A DNA stretch of 63,980 bases, counting the filler, from Acidimicrobiia bacterium (GTDB taxonomy: Bacteria > Actinomycetota > Acidimicrobiia > Spongiisociales > SHLN01): NCBI GenBank assembly GCA_041619515.1. It is 5 parts of 5 records of this genome, joined end to end, with 100 filler letters (N's around TTAATTAATTAA, not from the genome) between each part and the next. Parts side by side here need not be neighbours in the genome. Positions count along the whole stretch, not along the records: positions 1 to 16,061 come from JBFKDW010000072.1; 4 more parts are not named here. The stretch is one strand, 5' to 3'. The position numbers were made by a program, and so were the translations under genes. Numbering within the stretch: the stretch's first letter is position 1; every line of letters starts with the position of its first letter. Below the pieces are notes generated by a model, which saw only the letters and a list, made by a program, of their open reading frames with translations, was not told where the DNA came from and ran no database searches. This document shows positions 1 through 8,987 of the stretch, piece by piece.

Positions 1-1
1 G

Positions 2-238
2 GATGATGCCGCCATCGTCGTGTCCGACACGGGCTCGGGCATTCCGCTGAAGGACCTGCCCAGAATCTTCGAACGTTTCTACCGCGTGGACGACGCCCGC
101 GATCGCGACACCGGTGGCACCGGCCTTGGGCTCCCCATTGTTCGCCATGTGGCCGATCTACACGGGGGCTCGGTGACCGCCCACAGCGAGCTGGGGGAGG
201 GCTCCACATTTCAGATCGTCATTCCGCCGGTCCCCTGA
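2..238 (+). CDS. Sensor histidine kinase, C-terminal HATPase_c fragment (5'-truncated; SenX3-like)
   Basis: DTGSGIP, IFERFYRVD and GGTGLGL (G1/F/G2 boxes); frame is open to the window edge. Confidence 0.9.
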   Translation, partial: DDAAIVVSDTGSGIPLKDLPRIFERFYRVDDARDRDTGGTGLGLPIVRHVADLHGGSVTAHSELGEGSTFQIVIPPVP

Positions 239-305
239 GCGCCGGCGGGGGACAGGCACGCCCCGGTTACCATGGCCGCCGGAAGTGACGACCGAAAGGA
301 ATGCG

Positions 306-965
306 ATGGGCTTGTTCGACTTCGTGAAAGACGCCGGGGCCAAGATTGGGATCGGGAAATCGACCTCGGAGGAGGCCGCCGAGAAGGCTGCCCAGGCAGC
401 ATCGGCTTCCGCCGCTCGGGCTACGGCGGCTGCCGCTGCCGCCGAACGCAAGCAGGCGGCCGACCGGACTGAGCATCTCGCGGAAGTGAACAAGAGCTTC
501 GAGTTGGAGCGGCACGTCAAGAGTATGGGCCTCGACGTCGACGATCTCGACATTCGATACGACGACGGCAAGGCAACCGTCACCGGTTCGGTACGGGACG
601 AGGCCACCCGCGAGAAGGTCGTCCTGACCGTCGGCAACACCTCGGGGGTCGGACAGGTCGACGACCAGATGCGGGTGAAGACCCGCGGCGAGGTGCTGGC
701 CGATGAGGCGGCCGAGCGGGCCCGCCAGGAGGCGATCAGCAAGGCGCAATCGAAGTTCTATACCGTCGTCTCGGGAGATTCTCTTTCCAAGATCGCCAAG
801 GAGTTCTACGGCGACGCTATGAAGTACCCCGAGATCTTCGAAGCTAACAGGCCGATGCTGAAGGACCCCGATCTCATCTATCCGGGGCAGGTGCTGCGTA
901 TCCCGCCGCTCGGCGGCGACGACGGGGTGGCGGACCGCTCCGCCTCGTCCCGTCTCGCCGAGTAG
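306..965 (+). CDS. BON+LysM protein (Kbp/YgaU-like potassium/peptidoglycan-binding protein)
   Basis: MGLFDFVKDAG N-terminus, BON domain, LysM YTVVSGDSLSKIAK...IYPGQVLRIP; AAGGA RBS before ATG 306. Confidence 0.88.
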   Translation: MGLFDFVKDAGAKIGIGKSTSEEAAEKAAQAASASAARATAAAAAAERKQAADRTEHLAEVNKSFELERHVKSMGLDVDDLDIRYDDGKATVTGSVRDEATREKVVLTVGNTSGVGQVDDQMRVKTRGEVLADEAAERARQEAISKAQSKFYTVVSGDSLSKIAKEFYGDAMKYPEIFEANRPMLKDPDLIYPGQVLRIPPLGGDDGVADRSASSRLAE

Positions 966-1107
966 AGCGCCGGCCCTCCGCATTCACACCCGAGACGGAG
1001 GCGGCAAGGAAGCTGCTTGATGGCACCTCCCATCATGTGGCTCTCTTCCGCAGATCCGGCCTCAGACGCCCGAAACCAGCTCGCCTGTTCCTAACATCGG
1101 CTGACTC

Positions 1108-2358
1108 ATGCACTACGAATTGACAACCCTCGACAACGGCGTGCGGGTCATATCCGACTCCATGCCCGACGTCCGTTCGATTGCACTCGGCGTGTGGGCG
1201 GACACCGGGACGCGCGATGAGCATCCCAACGAGGCTGGTGCCGCCCATTTCCTCGAGCACCTGCTCTTCAAGGGCAGCGAACGGCTCTCTTCCCAGCAGA
1301 TCGCCGAGGCGTTCGACGCGGTCGGTGGCCGCTCCAACGCCTTCACCAGCAAGGAGCAGACCTGCTACTGGGCTCGCCTGCGCGACGACGACCTGCCACT
1401 TGGCATCGACATCCTGGCCGAGATGGTCCGCCGTCCCGCCTTCCGATCGCACGAGATTGAGTCGGAGAAACACGTCGTGCTCGAGGAAATCAACATGACC
1501 GAGGACGACCCCACCGACGTCGCCTACGAGGAGTTCGCCACGGCACTGTGGAAGGGGCACGACCTGGAACGGCCGGTGCTCGGCACCAGAGCCTCCATCA
1601 CCGAAATGACCCGCGACGACATCCACGGCTTCTGGGCGCGGCGCTATCACGCGGGTGCCACGGTCGTTGCCGTGGCGGGCAATCTCGATCATGAGGCGCT
1701 GGTGGAACTGGCCGAGAGGCACTTCGGTGATTGGCCCGCTCAGGACTCGACCCGCTCCCTCGGTTCGGCCGATTTCGAGTCCCGGGTCGCCATCCGGCAT
1801 CGCGAAACCGAACAGACCCATCTCATCATCGGCGGCGAGGGCTTCACTCGAAGCGACGAGCGCCGGTTCGCGTTTTCTCTCCTCAACCATGTGATGGGCG
1901 GAGGAATGTCGTCCCGGCTGTTCCGTGAGATCCGCGAGCAACGCGGGCTGGCGTATTCGGTCTACAGCTTCAAGGTTCCGTATGCGGATTCGGGCGGCTA
2001 CGGCGTGTACGTCGGCACCACTCCCAGCCAGACCGAGGAGGTGCTGCACCTGATTGGAGGCGAGTTCAAGAAGCTGATCGCCGACGGAATCAGCGCCAGC
2101 GAGCTGCAACGAGCCAAGGGCCACGTCCAGGGCAGCCTTGCGCTGAGTGAAGAAGACCCCAACAGCCGCATGATTCGTCTCGGGCGTGACGAAATCGCCG
2201 GTCTCGAGCACCTGAGCCTCGACGAGACCCTCGCCCGCTTCGAAGCCGTCACGCTCGACGACGTGCACGCAGTGGCAAGCGAAGTCCTCAGCGGCCCCAA
2301 AGTCATCGGTGCGACCGGTCCCAATGACGCCGGCGAGCTGGAGCCGTTCGTCGCATGA
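1108..2358 (+). CDS. M16 (pitrilysin) family zinc peptidase
   Basis: HFLEH (HxxEH), NAFTS, GGGMSSRLF.EIRE.RGLAY. Confidence 0.95.
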   Translation: MHYELTTLDNGVRVISDSMPDVRSIALGVWADTGTRDEHPNEAGAAHFLEHLLFKGSERLSSQQIAEAFDAVGGRSNAFTSKEQTCYWARLRDDDLPLGIDILAEMVRRPAFRSHEIESEKHVVLEEINMTEDDPTDVAYEEFATALWKGHDLERPVLGTRASITEMTRDDIHGFWARRYHAGATVVAVAGNLDHEALVELAERHFGDWPAQDSTRSLGSADFESRVAIRHRETEQTHLIIGGEGFTRSDERRFAFSLLNHVMGGGMSSRLFREIREQRGLAYSVYSFKVPYADSGGYGVYVGTTPSQTEEVLHLIGGEFKKLIADGISASELQRAKGHVQGSLALSEEDPNSRMIRLGRDEIAGLEHLSLDETLARFEAVTLDDVHAVASEVLSGPKVIGATGPNDAGELEPFVA

Positions 2359-3083
2359 CCCGGGTCGTCGTCTCCGGGGCCGCGGGCCGCATGGGGACGA
2401 TCGTATGTGCCGCCCTGGAAGAGCACCCGGATTATGAGCTGGTCGGGCGCTACGACCCGGTGGCCGGTGAGGGCGGTGACGCCGGCGACCTTCCCGAGGC
2501 CGACGTCGTCGTCGAGTTCACCCGGCCCGATGTTGTGCTGGCCAACCTGGAGCGGTGGCAGGCACGCGGCTGGCACGCAGTGGTCGGCACCTCGGGCTTC
2601 ACCGAGGAGCGGATTGCCCAGGTACGGGTGATGTTCGGGCCGGGACCGCCCAACTGCCTCATCGTGCCCAACTTCTCGATCGGGGCGGTCCTGGCGATGC
2701 GATTCGCCGGAGAAGCAGCCGCCTACTTCTCGGCGGCCGAGGTGATCGAGCTTCATCACGAGGGCAAGGTGGACGCGCCGTCGGGCACGGCGATCGCCAC
2801 CGCCGGCCGCATTGCCGCCTCCCGATCCGGCCCGGGTGCGCCGGAATCGAATCAGCTGATCGAAGGGGCCCGCGGCGCCCTGGTCGACGGAGTCCCCGTC
2901 CACTCGATCCGCCTGCCGGGCCTCGTTGCCCATCAGGAAGTCATCCTCGGCGGGACCGGTGAGACGCTGTCGATCCGCCACGACACCACCGACCGGCAGG
3001 CCTTCATGCCGGGGGTGCTGCTCGGAGTGAGTCGGGTGGGCGAGCTGCCCGGGGTGACCGTCGGGCTGGAGGCTCTCTTGTGA
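2355..3083 (+). CDS. dapB: 4-hydroxy-tetrahydrodipicolinate reductase
   Basis: GAAGRMG nucleotide-binding motif; ELHHEGKVDAPSGTA. Confidence 0.96.
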   Translation: MTRVVVSGAAGRMGTIVCAALEEHPDYELVGRYDPVAGEGGDAGDLPEADVVVEFTRPDVVLANLERWQARGWHAVVGTSGFTEERIAQVRVMFGPGPPNCLIVPNFSIGAVLAMRFAGEAAAYFSAAEVIELHHEGKVDAPSGTAIATAGRIAASRSGPGAPESNQLIEGARGALVDGVPVHSIRLPGLVAHQEVILGGTGETLSIRHDTTDRQAFMPGVLLGVSRVGELPGVTVGLEALL

Positions 3084-3430
3084 GCGCTCCCGCCTCCGGC
3101 ACCGACGATTTCCTTCCCGGCGAGTCGGTCGTCGAGCGTCGCATCCGCCTGGCGATGGAACGAGGTGAGTTCTCAGATCTGCCGGGCCGGGGTGAGCCGA
3201 TCGCAAGCCTGGAGGACTCCTACGACCCGCTGTGGTGGGTCAAGGCCTGGGCAGAGCGAGAAGGTGTCACCGCCGCCGAGCTGGCGGCCTTCCGGGCCGC
3301 GCGCCGGGGAAGGGCCTCAGCCATCCCCCGGCCGGGGCTTCCCGGTCGGGAGTCCGGGCATGATTTGGCCGGAGAGCCTGTTGGCCGTAGTACCTTCAGC
3401 GGCACGTACGTGAGGAGAAATCATGAGTGA
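3080..3430 (+). CDS. DUF1992-like protein
   Basis: VERRIRLAMERGEFSDLPGRGEP..WW signature; overlaps the dapB stop. Confidence 0.7.
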   Translation: MSAPASGTDDFLPGESVVERRIRLAMERGEFSDLPGRGEPIASLEDSYDPLWWVKAWAEREGVTAAELAAFRAARRGRASAIPRPGLPGRESGHDLAGEPVGRSTFSGTYVRRNHE

Positions 3431-4670
3431 CACGCCCAGGGTGGCCGTCGTTGCCGGCGCTCGCACCCCCTTCGCCAAGGCAGGCGCCCAGTTGCGCTCG
3501 TATCGAGCCCTCGATCTCGGTGTCCATGCCGTCGACGGGCTCCTCGAGTTGGCGGACATTGATCCCGCCATCGTCGACACGCTGGTATTCGGGATCGTGG
3601 TGGTCGACGCCCGCGTGCCGCACCTGGCGCGGGAGGTCAACTTCAAGAGCCGGCTCCCCGATTCGACACGTTCGCTCACCATCACCGACAACTGCATCAC
3701 CTCGGCCAGCGGCATCGAACTGGTCGTCGACTCGATCAAGGCGGGACGGGCCGAGGTTGGGATCGCCGGTGGCGTCGAGTCGATGTCGAACCCGTCGGTC
3801 CTCATGTCGAAGCGGGCCAGCTCGGTGTTCCTGCAGGCCGCCGCCGCCCGCTCGCTGGCCGATCGCCTCAAGATATTCTCGAGGCTGCGGCCCAAAGACC
3901 TCGTGCCGCAGGCGCCCGGCGTCGCCGAGCCGTCGACCGGCCTCACGATGGGCGAGCATTGCGAGCTCATGGTGAAGGAATGGAAGATCTCGCGTCAAGA
4001 ACAGGATGAGATCGCCTACCGGAGCCACATGAACGCGGCCGCCGCCACCGAAGACGGCCGTCTGCCGGCCGAGATCGTCCCGCTCGACGGTATCGATCGA
4101 GACACCATGATCCGGGCGGACACGTCGATGGAGAAGCTGGCCAAGCTGCGCCCCGTCTTCGATCCGACGCCGTCGGGTTCGCTGACGGCGGGCAACTCGA
4201 GCCCGTTGACCGACGGCGCCGCCGCCGTCATGCTCATGTCCGAAGAACGGGCCAAGGCCGAGGGTCTGGAGCCGCTCGCGTTCGTCAGGGACGTCGAGTT
4301 CGCGGGCATCGACCCGGCCGACGGCCTCCTGATGGGCCCCGGGGTGGCCGTGCCCCGGCTGCTGCGCCGGACCGGTCTCGACCTCGATGACATCGACATC
4401 ATCGAAATGCACGAGGCCTTCGGGGGCCAGGTGGCATGCAATCTGGCCGCCTGGGAGCAGGGTTGGCAAGACCCTCCCATCGGCAAGGTCGACCGGACGC
4501 GGCTCAACCCGCTCGGCAGCTCGATCTCCGTCGGCCACCCGTTTGCCGCAACGGGGGCGAGGATCGTCACCACGCTGGCGAACGAGATGGCCCGGCGTGA
4601 CGCCCGTTACGGACTGGTCAGCATCTGCGGCGCCGGCGCCACCGCCGCGGCCCTCGTACTCGAGCGATAG
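3423..4670 (+). CDS. Acetyl-CoA C-acyltransferase (thiolase, FadI-like)
   Basis: Catalytic Cys in DNCITS, HEAF, GHPFAATG, C-terminal ICGAG. Confidence 0.93.
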   Translation: MSDTPRVAVVAGARTPFAKAGAQLRSYRALDLGVHAVDGLLELADIDPAIVDTLVFGIVVVDARVPHLAREVNFKSRLPDSTRSLTITDNCITSASGIELVVDSIKAGRAEVGIAGGVESMSNPSVLMSKRASSVFLQAAAARSLADRLKIFSRLRPKDLVPQAPGVAEPSTGLTMGEHCELMVKEWKISRQEQDEIAYRSHMNAAAATEDGRLPAEIVPLDGIDRDTMIRADTSMEKLAKLRPVFDPTPSGSLTAGNSSPLTDGAAAVMLMSEERAKAEGLEPLAFVRDVEFAGIDPADGLLMGPGVAVPRLLRRTGLDLDDIDIIEMHEAFGGQVACNLAAWEQGWQDPPIGKVDRTRLNPLGSSISVGHPFAATGARIVTTLANEMARRDARYGLVSICGAGATAAALVLER

Positions 4671-4700
4671 AGGCCGGCGGGCGGCGTTGCCGGCCGGGCG

Positions 4701-4877
4701 CTATTTCCGGCTCTTGGCCGAGATCGCATGGAGGCTCTGGCGCGAGACGATGGAAACGTGCTCGTCTTCCCACTCAACTTCGACGGACTCGCCGTGCACC
4801 GCTTTGACCTTCCCATACCGGGGCACCTGTCCCACCTTCTTGGTGAGCTCCTCGACTCGCATCCCGGGCTTGAGCAT
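4701..4877 (-). CDS. Small SH3-like protein (DUF1918-like)
   Basis: MLKPGMRV..KKVGQVPRYGKV..VEVEWEDEH; GGAGG RBS before ATG 4877. Confidence 0.6.
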   Translation of the reverse strand: MLKPGMRVEELTKKVGQVPRYGKVKAVHGESVEVEWEDEHVSIVSRQSLHAISAKSRK

Positions 4878-4973
4878 GCTTCCCTCCTGGTATCGCTCGT
4901 GGACTAATCGTCCAAAGACTACGCGCACGGCGCCAGGGGCGAATGACCTTGCTCCCGGGGCTGTTCGTCGGGG

Positions 4974-5813
4974 CTAGTAGAGCGCGCTCGCCAACTGGCG
5001 TCGGTAGGCGAGTGAGAGCGGATGGTCGGATCCGAGCACCTCGAAGATGTCGATCATCGCGGTGCGAGCCTCGTCGAGACGATCGTTCTTCTTACGGACG
5101 ACGGCAAGCAGGTGATCGAGTGCCGGCTCGAACTCTGCGGAGGCCGCCAGGGCTCGCGCCAGCTCCATCCGCGCCGTGTCGTCTTCCGGGTTGGCATCAA
5201 CGGCGGCGCTGAGCGCCGGGATGTCGGCGTCCTCAGAACGCGTGAGGCGGGCCGTGGCCCGCAGTTTCTCGACGTCGGCGGTGGGGGAGAGCGGGGCGAG
5301 GACGTCGAGAGCCCGGGCGTTCTCACCTTGGGAGAGATAGAGAGAGGCGAGGGCGGTACCGGCCTCCTCATGGTCCATCTTCTCGGCCAGGACGGATCGA
5401 AGCAGGGCTTCGGCCCGGTCGTCATCACCGTCGAGCATGGCGGTGCGGGCCTCGTCGACCGTCAGGTCGAGACGCGACGGCACGATCGAGTCGAGCCAGG
5501 CCCGTACCTGCGGCTCGGGGAGCGCGCCGGTGAAGGTATCGACCGGCTGACCGCCCTTGAAGGCCATGACGAAGGGAATGCCCTGCACACCGAACTGCTG
5601 GGCCAGGGCTTTGTTGGCGTCGACATCGACTTTGACCAGCTCGAATCCGCCTGCGTATTCGCCGGCCAGCCGCTCCAGCAGCGGGCCGAGGGTCCGGCAC
5701 GGACCACACCATTCCGCCCAGAAGTCGACGACAACGGGCACGTCGTGGCTCCGCTGCACGACCGCTCGGGCGAAGTCCGGGGCGTTGACTTCCTGTACGT
5801 GCTCACCTGGCAT
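4974..5813 (-). CDS. Thioredoxin-TPR chaperedoxin (YbbN/CnoX-like)
   Basis: VDFWAEWCGPC thioredoxin domain, TPR C-terminus ending YRRQLASALY. Confidence 0.92.
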   Translation of the reverse strand: MPGEHVQEVNAPDFARAVVQRSHDVPVVVDFWAEWCGPCRTLGPLLERLAGEYAGGFELVKVDVDANKALAQQFGVQGIPFVMAFKGGQPVDTFTGALPEPQVRAWLDSIVPSRLDLTVDEARTAMLDGDDDRAEALLRSVLAEKMDHEEAGTALASLYLSQGENARALDVLAPLSPTADVEKLRATARLTRSEDADIPALSAAVDANPEDDTARMELARALAASAEFEPALDHLLAVVRKKNDRLDEARTAMIDIFEVLGSDHPLSLAYRRQLASALY

Positions 5814-5899
5814 TTCTCACCTCGATCATGTAAATCCTATTTCGTCGCCGAGCATTCCCGCGTATGTTGTGTGCGGCCGGCGGCTGCTACCGTCACGGT

Positions 5900-6787
5900 A
5901 TGAGCACGCCACCACTCGGCTCGGTACTCACCGCCATGATCACCCCCTTCGACGCCTCCGGCCGCGTGGATTACCAGTCCGCCTGGGACCTGGCCCGGCA
6001 CCTCGTTGCCTCCGGCAGCGACGGCCTCGTCGTTTGCGGCACCACCGGTGAGTCGCCCACCCTCAGCAACGAAGAGAAGCTGGGGATGTTCCGGACCGTC
6101 GTCGAGGCCGTTGGGGACAAAGCCGTTGTCGTGGCCGGCACCGGCACCTATGACACGGCTGCGTCTGTCGAAGCAACCCGCGCTGCCGCCGAGCTGGGGT
6201 GCGGAGCCGTCATGGCCGTGACGCCGTACTACAACAAGCCGCCCCAGGAAGGGCTCTATCGGCATTTTGTTGCCATCGCCGACGCCTCCGACCTTCCCGT
6301 CCTCGTGTACAACATCCCCGGCCGGACCAGCCGGCTCATCGAGGTGGAAACCCTGGTGCGGCTCAGTCGTCACGATCGGATCGTTGCCACCAAGGATGCG
6401 GTCGAGGATGTCGAGTTCACCCGGCGGACGCTCGATGCGGTGTCCGAGACGTTCGCGGTCTACTCGGGTCAAGATTCCTTCACCGTCCCCCTGATGGAGA
6501 TGGGTGCGGTCGGAGTCGTCTCCGTGGCTGCACACCTGGTCGGCGAGCAGATTCAGGAGATGACCGTCCGCGCCCGTGAAAAAGACTACGAGGGCGCCCG
6601 CCTGATTCACGACCGGCTCATGCCGCTCTTCGCGGCTTTGTTCGTCGAGCCAAACCCCATGCCGTTGAAAGGGGCGCTGTCGGAGCTGTGGCGGCCGGTC
6701 GGGGACCCGCGGCTGCCCTTGATTGCGCCGCAGGCCGAAACCGTGGCGGGCGTACTGGCGGCGTTGGAGGCGGCCCAGGCAACATGA
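5900..6787 (+). CDS. dapA: 4-hydroxy-tetrahydrodipicolinate synthase
   Basis: TAMITPF, GTTGES, PYYNKP, YNIPGRT; start set at ATG 5900. Confidence 0.96.
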   Translation: MSTPPLGSVLTAMITPFDASGRVDYQSAWDLARHLVASGSDGLVVCGTTGESPTLSNEEKLGMFRTVVEAVGDKAVVVAGTGTYDTAASVEATRAAAELGCGAVMAVTPYYNKPPQEGLYRHFVAIADASDLPVLVYNIPGRTSRLIEVETLVRLSRHDRIVATKDAVEDVEFTRRTLDAVSETFAVYSGQDSFTVPLMEMGAVGVVSVAAHLVGEQIQEMTVRAREKDYEGARLIHDRLMPLFAALFVEPNPMPLKGALSELWRPVGDPRLPLIAPQAETVAGVLAALEAAQAT

Positions 6788-8406
6788 GCGTGCGGGTCAC
6801 GTTCCTCGGCGGCCTCGGTGAGATCGGCCGAAACTGCGCTGCGGTCGAGATCGACGGCAGCATTGCTCTCATCGACTGCGGGCTCATGTTCCCCGAAGAG
6901 CACATGCTGGGAGTCGATCTCGTGCTACCCGATTTCAGCTGGCTGGTTGAGCGCAGCCAGGACGTCGCCTGCGTGATCCTCACCCACGGCCACGAGGACC
7001 ACGTCGGAGCCCTCTCGTATTTCCTCGCCGAGATCAACGTGCCCGTGTACGGCACCAAGCTATCGGTCGAGCTGGCGGCCAGCCGGGTCGAGGAGAACGG
7101 CATCGATGCGACCTTTCGCGCCATCGATGACAACAAATGGACCGAAGAGGGCCCGTTCCGATTCAAGCTCGTCCCCGTCTCCCATTCGATACCTCACGGT
7201 GCCGGGGTCGCTCTCGACACACCCGAAGGCATCATCGTTCACTCCGGAGATTTCAAGCTCGATCCGACGCCGGTCGATGGCCGGCCCACCGACCTGCCAA
7301 CGTTTGCCGAGTTGGGCCGAGCCGGCGTGCGGCTGCTGCTCGCCGACAGCACCAACGCCGAGCGCCCCGGTTTCGTCCCGTCCGAGTCGTCACTCGGTCA
7401 CAGCCTGTATGAGATCATCGCCGAGTCGCGGGGCCGGGTGATCGCCGCCTGTTTTGCGAGCCATCTCCATCGGGTTCAACAGATCGTCGACGCCGCCATC
7501 GATTCGGGCCGGCGGGTGGCCTTTCTCGGCAGGTCGATGGTGCGCAACGTCGACATTGCCGCCGGCTTGAGCCTGCTCTCGGTCCCCGACGACAAGATCG
7601 TCGAGATCGACGAGGTGGGCGAGATGGACGCGTCCGAGGTGTGCGTGGTCTCGACCGGCAGTCAGGGCGAGCCCTTCGCCGCCCTCTCCCTGATGGCGGC
7701 CGGGGAGCACCGCGCCGTCAAGCTGGAGGAGGGCGATACGGTGCTGATTTCCGCCACCCCCATACCGGGGAACGAGAAATCGGTGTCGCGCGTGATCAAC
7801 GGCCTCATCAGGCGCGGCGCCCGCGTCTTCCACGGCCGCAACGCCAACGTGCATGTTTCGGGACACGGCAGTCGCGACGAGCTGCTCACCTTCCTCAACG
7901 TGGTTCGCCCGCAGGCGTTCGTCCCCGTGCACGGCGAGTATCGGCATCTCAAGGCGCACGCAGATCTGGCGGAGATGATGGCGGTGCCCGACGTCGTGGT
8001 CTGCGAGGACGGCGATGCTGTGGTGCTCGACGGCGCAGAGACCATCGTCGAGCGACGGGCCGTTCCCGCCGGTTATGTGTATCTCGACGGGACCGTCGTC
8101 GGCGATGTTCGACGTGCGATCCGCGACCGCCGGCATCTAGCCGACGACGGTGTCATCGTGGTCACCGTTGGCATCGACATGCGAACCAGTGAGATCGTGC
8201 ATGGGCCGGACCTGGACAGTCACGGGTTCATGGACGCTCCCGACGACGTCCTGAAATCGGCGGCAATCGAGATCGTGGACCTGATCGGCGCTGGGAAGAC
8301 CGACGCCGACACCTGCCGGCGCAAGATCGTGCAGGCGGTCCGGACGGTGACTCGTCGCGAGACGGCCCGCCGTCCCGTCGTCATACCGGTGGTCATCGAG
8401 TTCTGA
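6784..8406 (+). CDS. rnj: Ribonuclease J
   Basis: LGGLGEIGRN, THGHEDHVG, HVSGH, PVHGEYRH; ATGA overlap with dapA. Confidence 0.96.
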   Translation: MSVRVTFLGGLGEIGRNCAAVEIDGSIALIDCGLMFPEEHMLGVDLVLPDFSWLVERSQDVACVILTHGHEDHVGALSYFLAEINVPVYGTKLSVELAASRVEENGIDATFRAIDDNKWTEEGPFRFKLVPVSHSIPHGAGVALDTPEGIIVHSGDFKLDPTPVDGRPTDLPTFAELGRAGVRLLLADSTNAERPGFVPSESSLGHSLYEIIAESRGRVIAACFASHLHRVQQIVDAAIDSGRRVAFLGRSMVRNVDIAAGLSLLSVPDDKIVEIDEVGEMDASEVCVVSTGSQGEPFAALSLMAAGEHRAVKLEEGDTVLISATPIPGNEKSVSRVINGLIRRGARVFHGRNANVHVSGHGSRDELLTFLNVVRPQAFVPVHGEYRHLKAHADLAEMMAVPDVVVCEDGDAVVLDGAETIVERRAVPAGYVYLDGTVVGDVRRAIRDRRHLADDGVIVVTVGIDMRTSEIVHGPDLDSHGFMDAPDDVLKSAAIEIVDLIGAGKTDADTCRRKIVQAVRTVTRRETARRPVVIPVVIEF

Positions 8407-8444
8407 CGGGTGGGTGGGCGGCGTTATTTCGCCGTCCACCGGCG

Positions 8445-8831
8445 CTACTCGGTGGCGTCCGATTGGCTCGCCAGCAGCCTGCGGATTTCCCGAATGCGGC
8501 GCTCGACCTCTCCGATGCCCGTCATTTCGTCGATCTGCCGGTTGGCCTTGTGGAGGAAGTTCGGGTCGATGCCACCGGCCAAGCCGAGGCCGCCGTGTGC
8601 GTTCGAGGGATCGATCCGGGACCCGAGCAGCCGCAATCGCTCGGCCTCCAGCGCCGCCAGCTCGCTTCTCAGGCTGTCCTCCCGCACCGGCGTCGCCGCC
8701 GCGATGGCTGCTCGCAGCTCGTTGATTCGCTGACGCAGAGTAATCCGATCATTGAAGGCCTCGGGCGGCAGCGTCTCGAGCTCCTCCTCGACCTGTCGCA
8801 ATTCCAGCTCGAGTTCGAAGGCGTCTTCCAT
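8445..8831 (-). CDS. Hypothetical coiled-coil protein (apparent paralog of 15336-15719)
   Basis: Heptad-rich ORF; TATGCT-N6-ATG leaderless signature at 8831; GGIDP..NRQIDE motif. Confidence 0.7.
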   Translation of the reverse strand: MEDAFELELELRQVEEELETLPPEAFNDRITLRQRINELRAAIAAATPVREDSLRSELAALEAERLRLLGSRIDPSNAHGGLGLAGGIDPNFLHKANRQIDEMTGIGEVERRIREIRRLLASQSDATE

Positions 8832-8987
8832 CGCGCCAGCATACGGGTGGCCCCTGCCAAAGTTGCCGCCTCCTCGCTCCGCCGACACGGTCGGTCTCCC
8901 GCCATTGCTGCGCAGCGCGCGAACTCAACCGGTTTGGGCGCGAATTTCCAACCCCTTGCCCGATCTGTCGGTTAGCCTCTGGGACCG

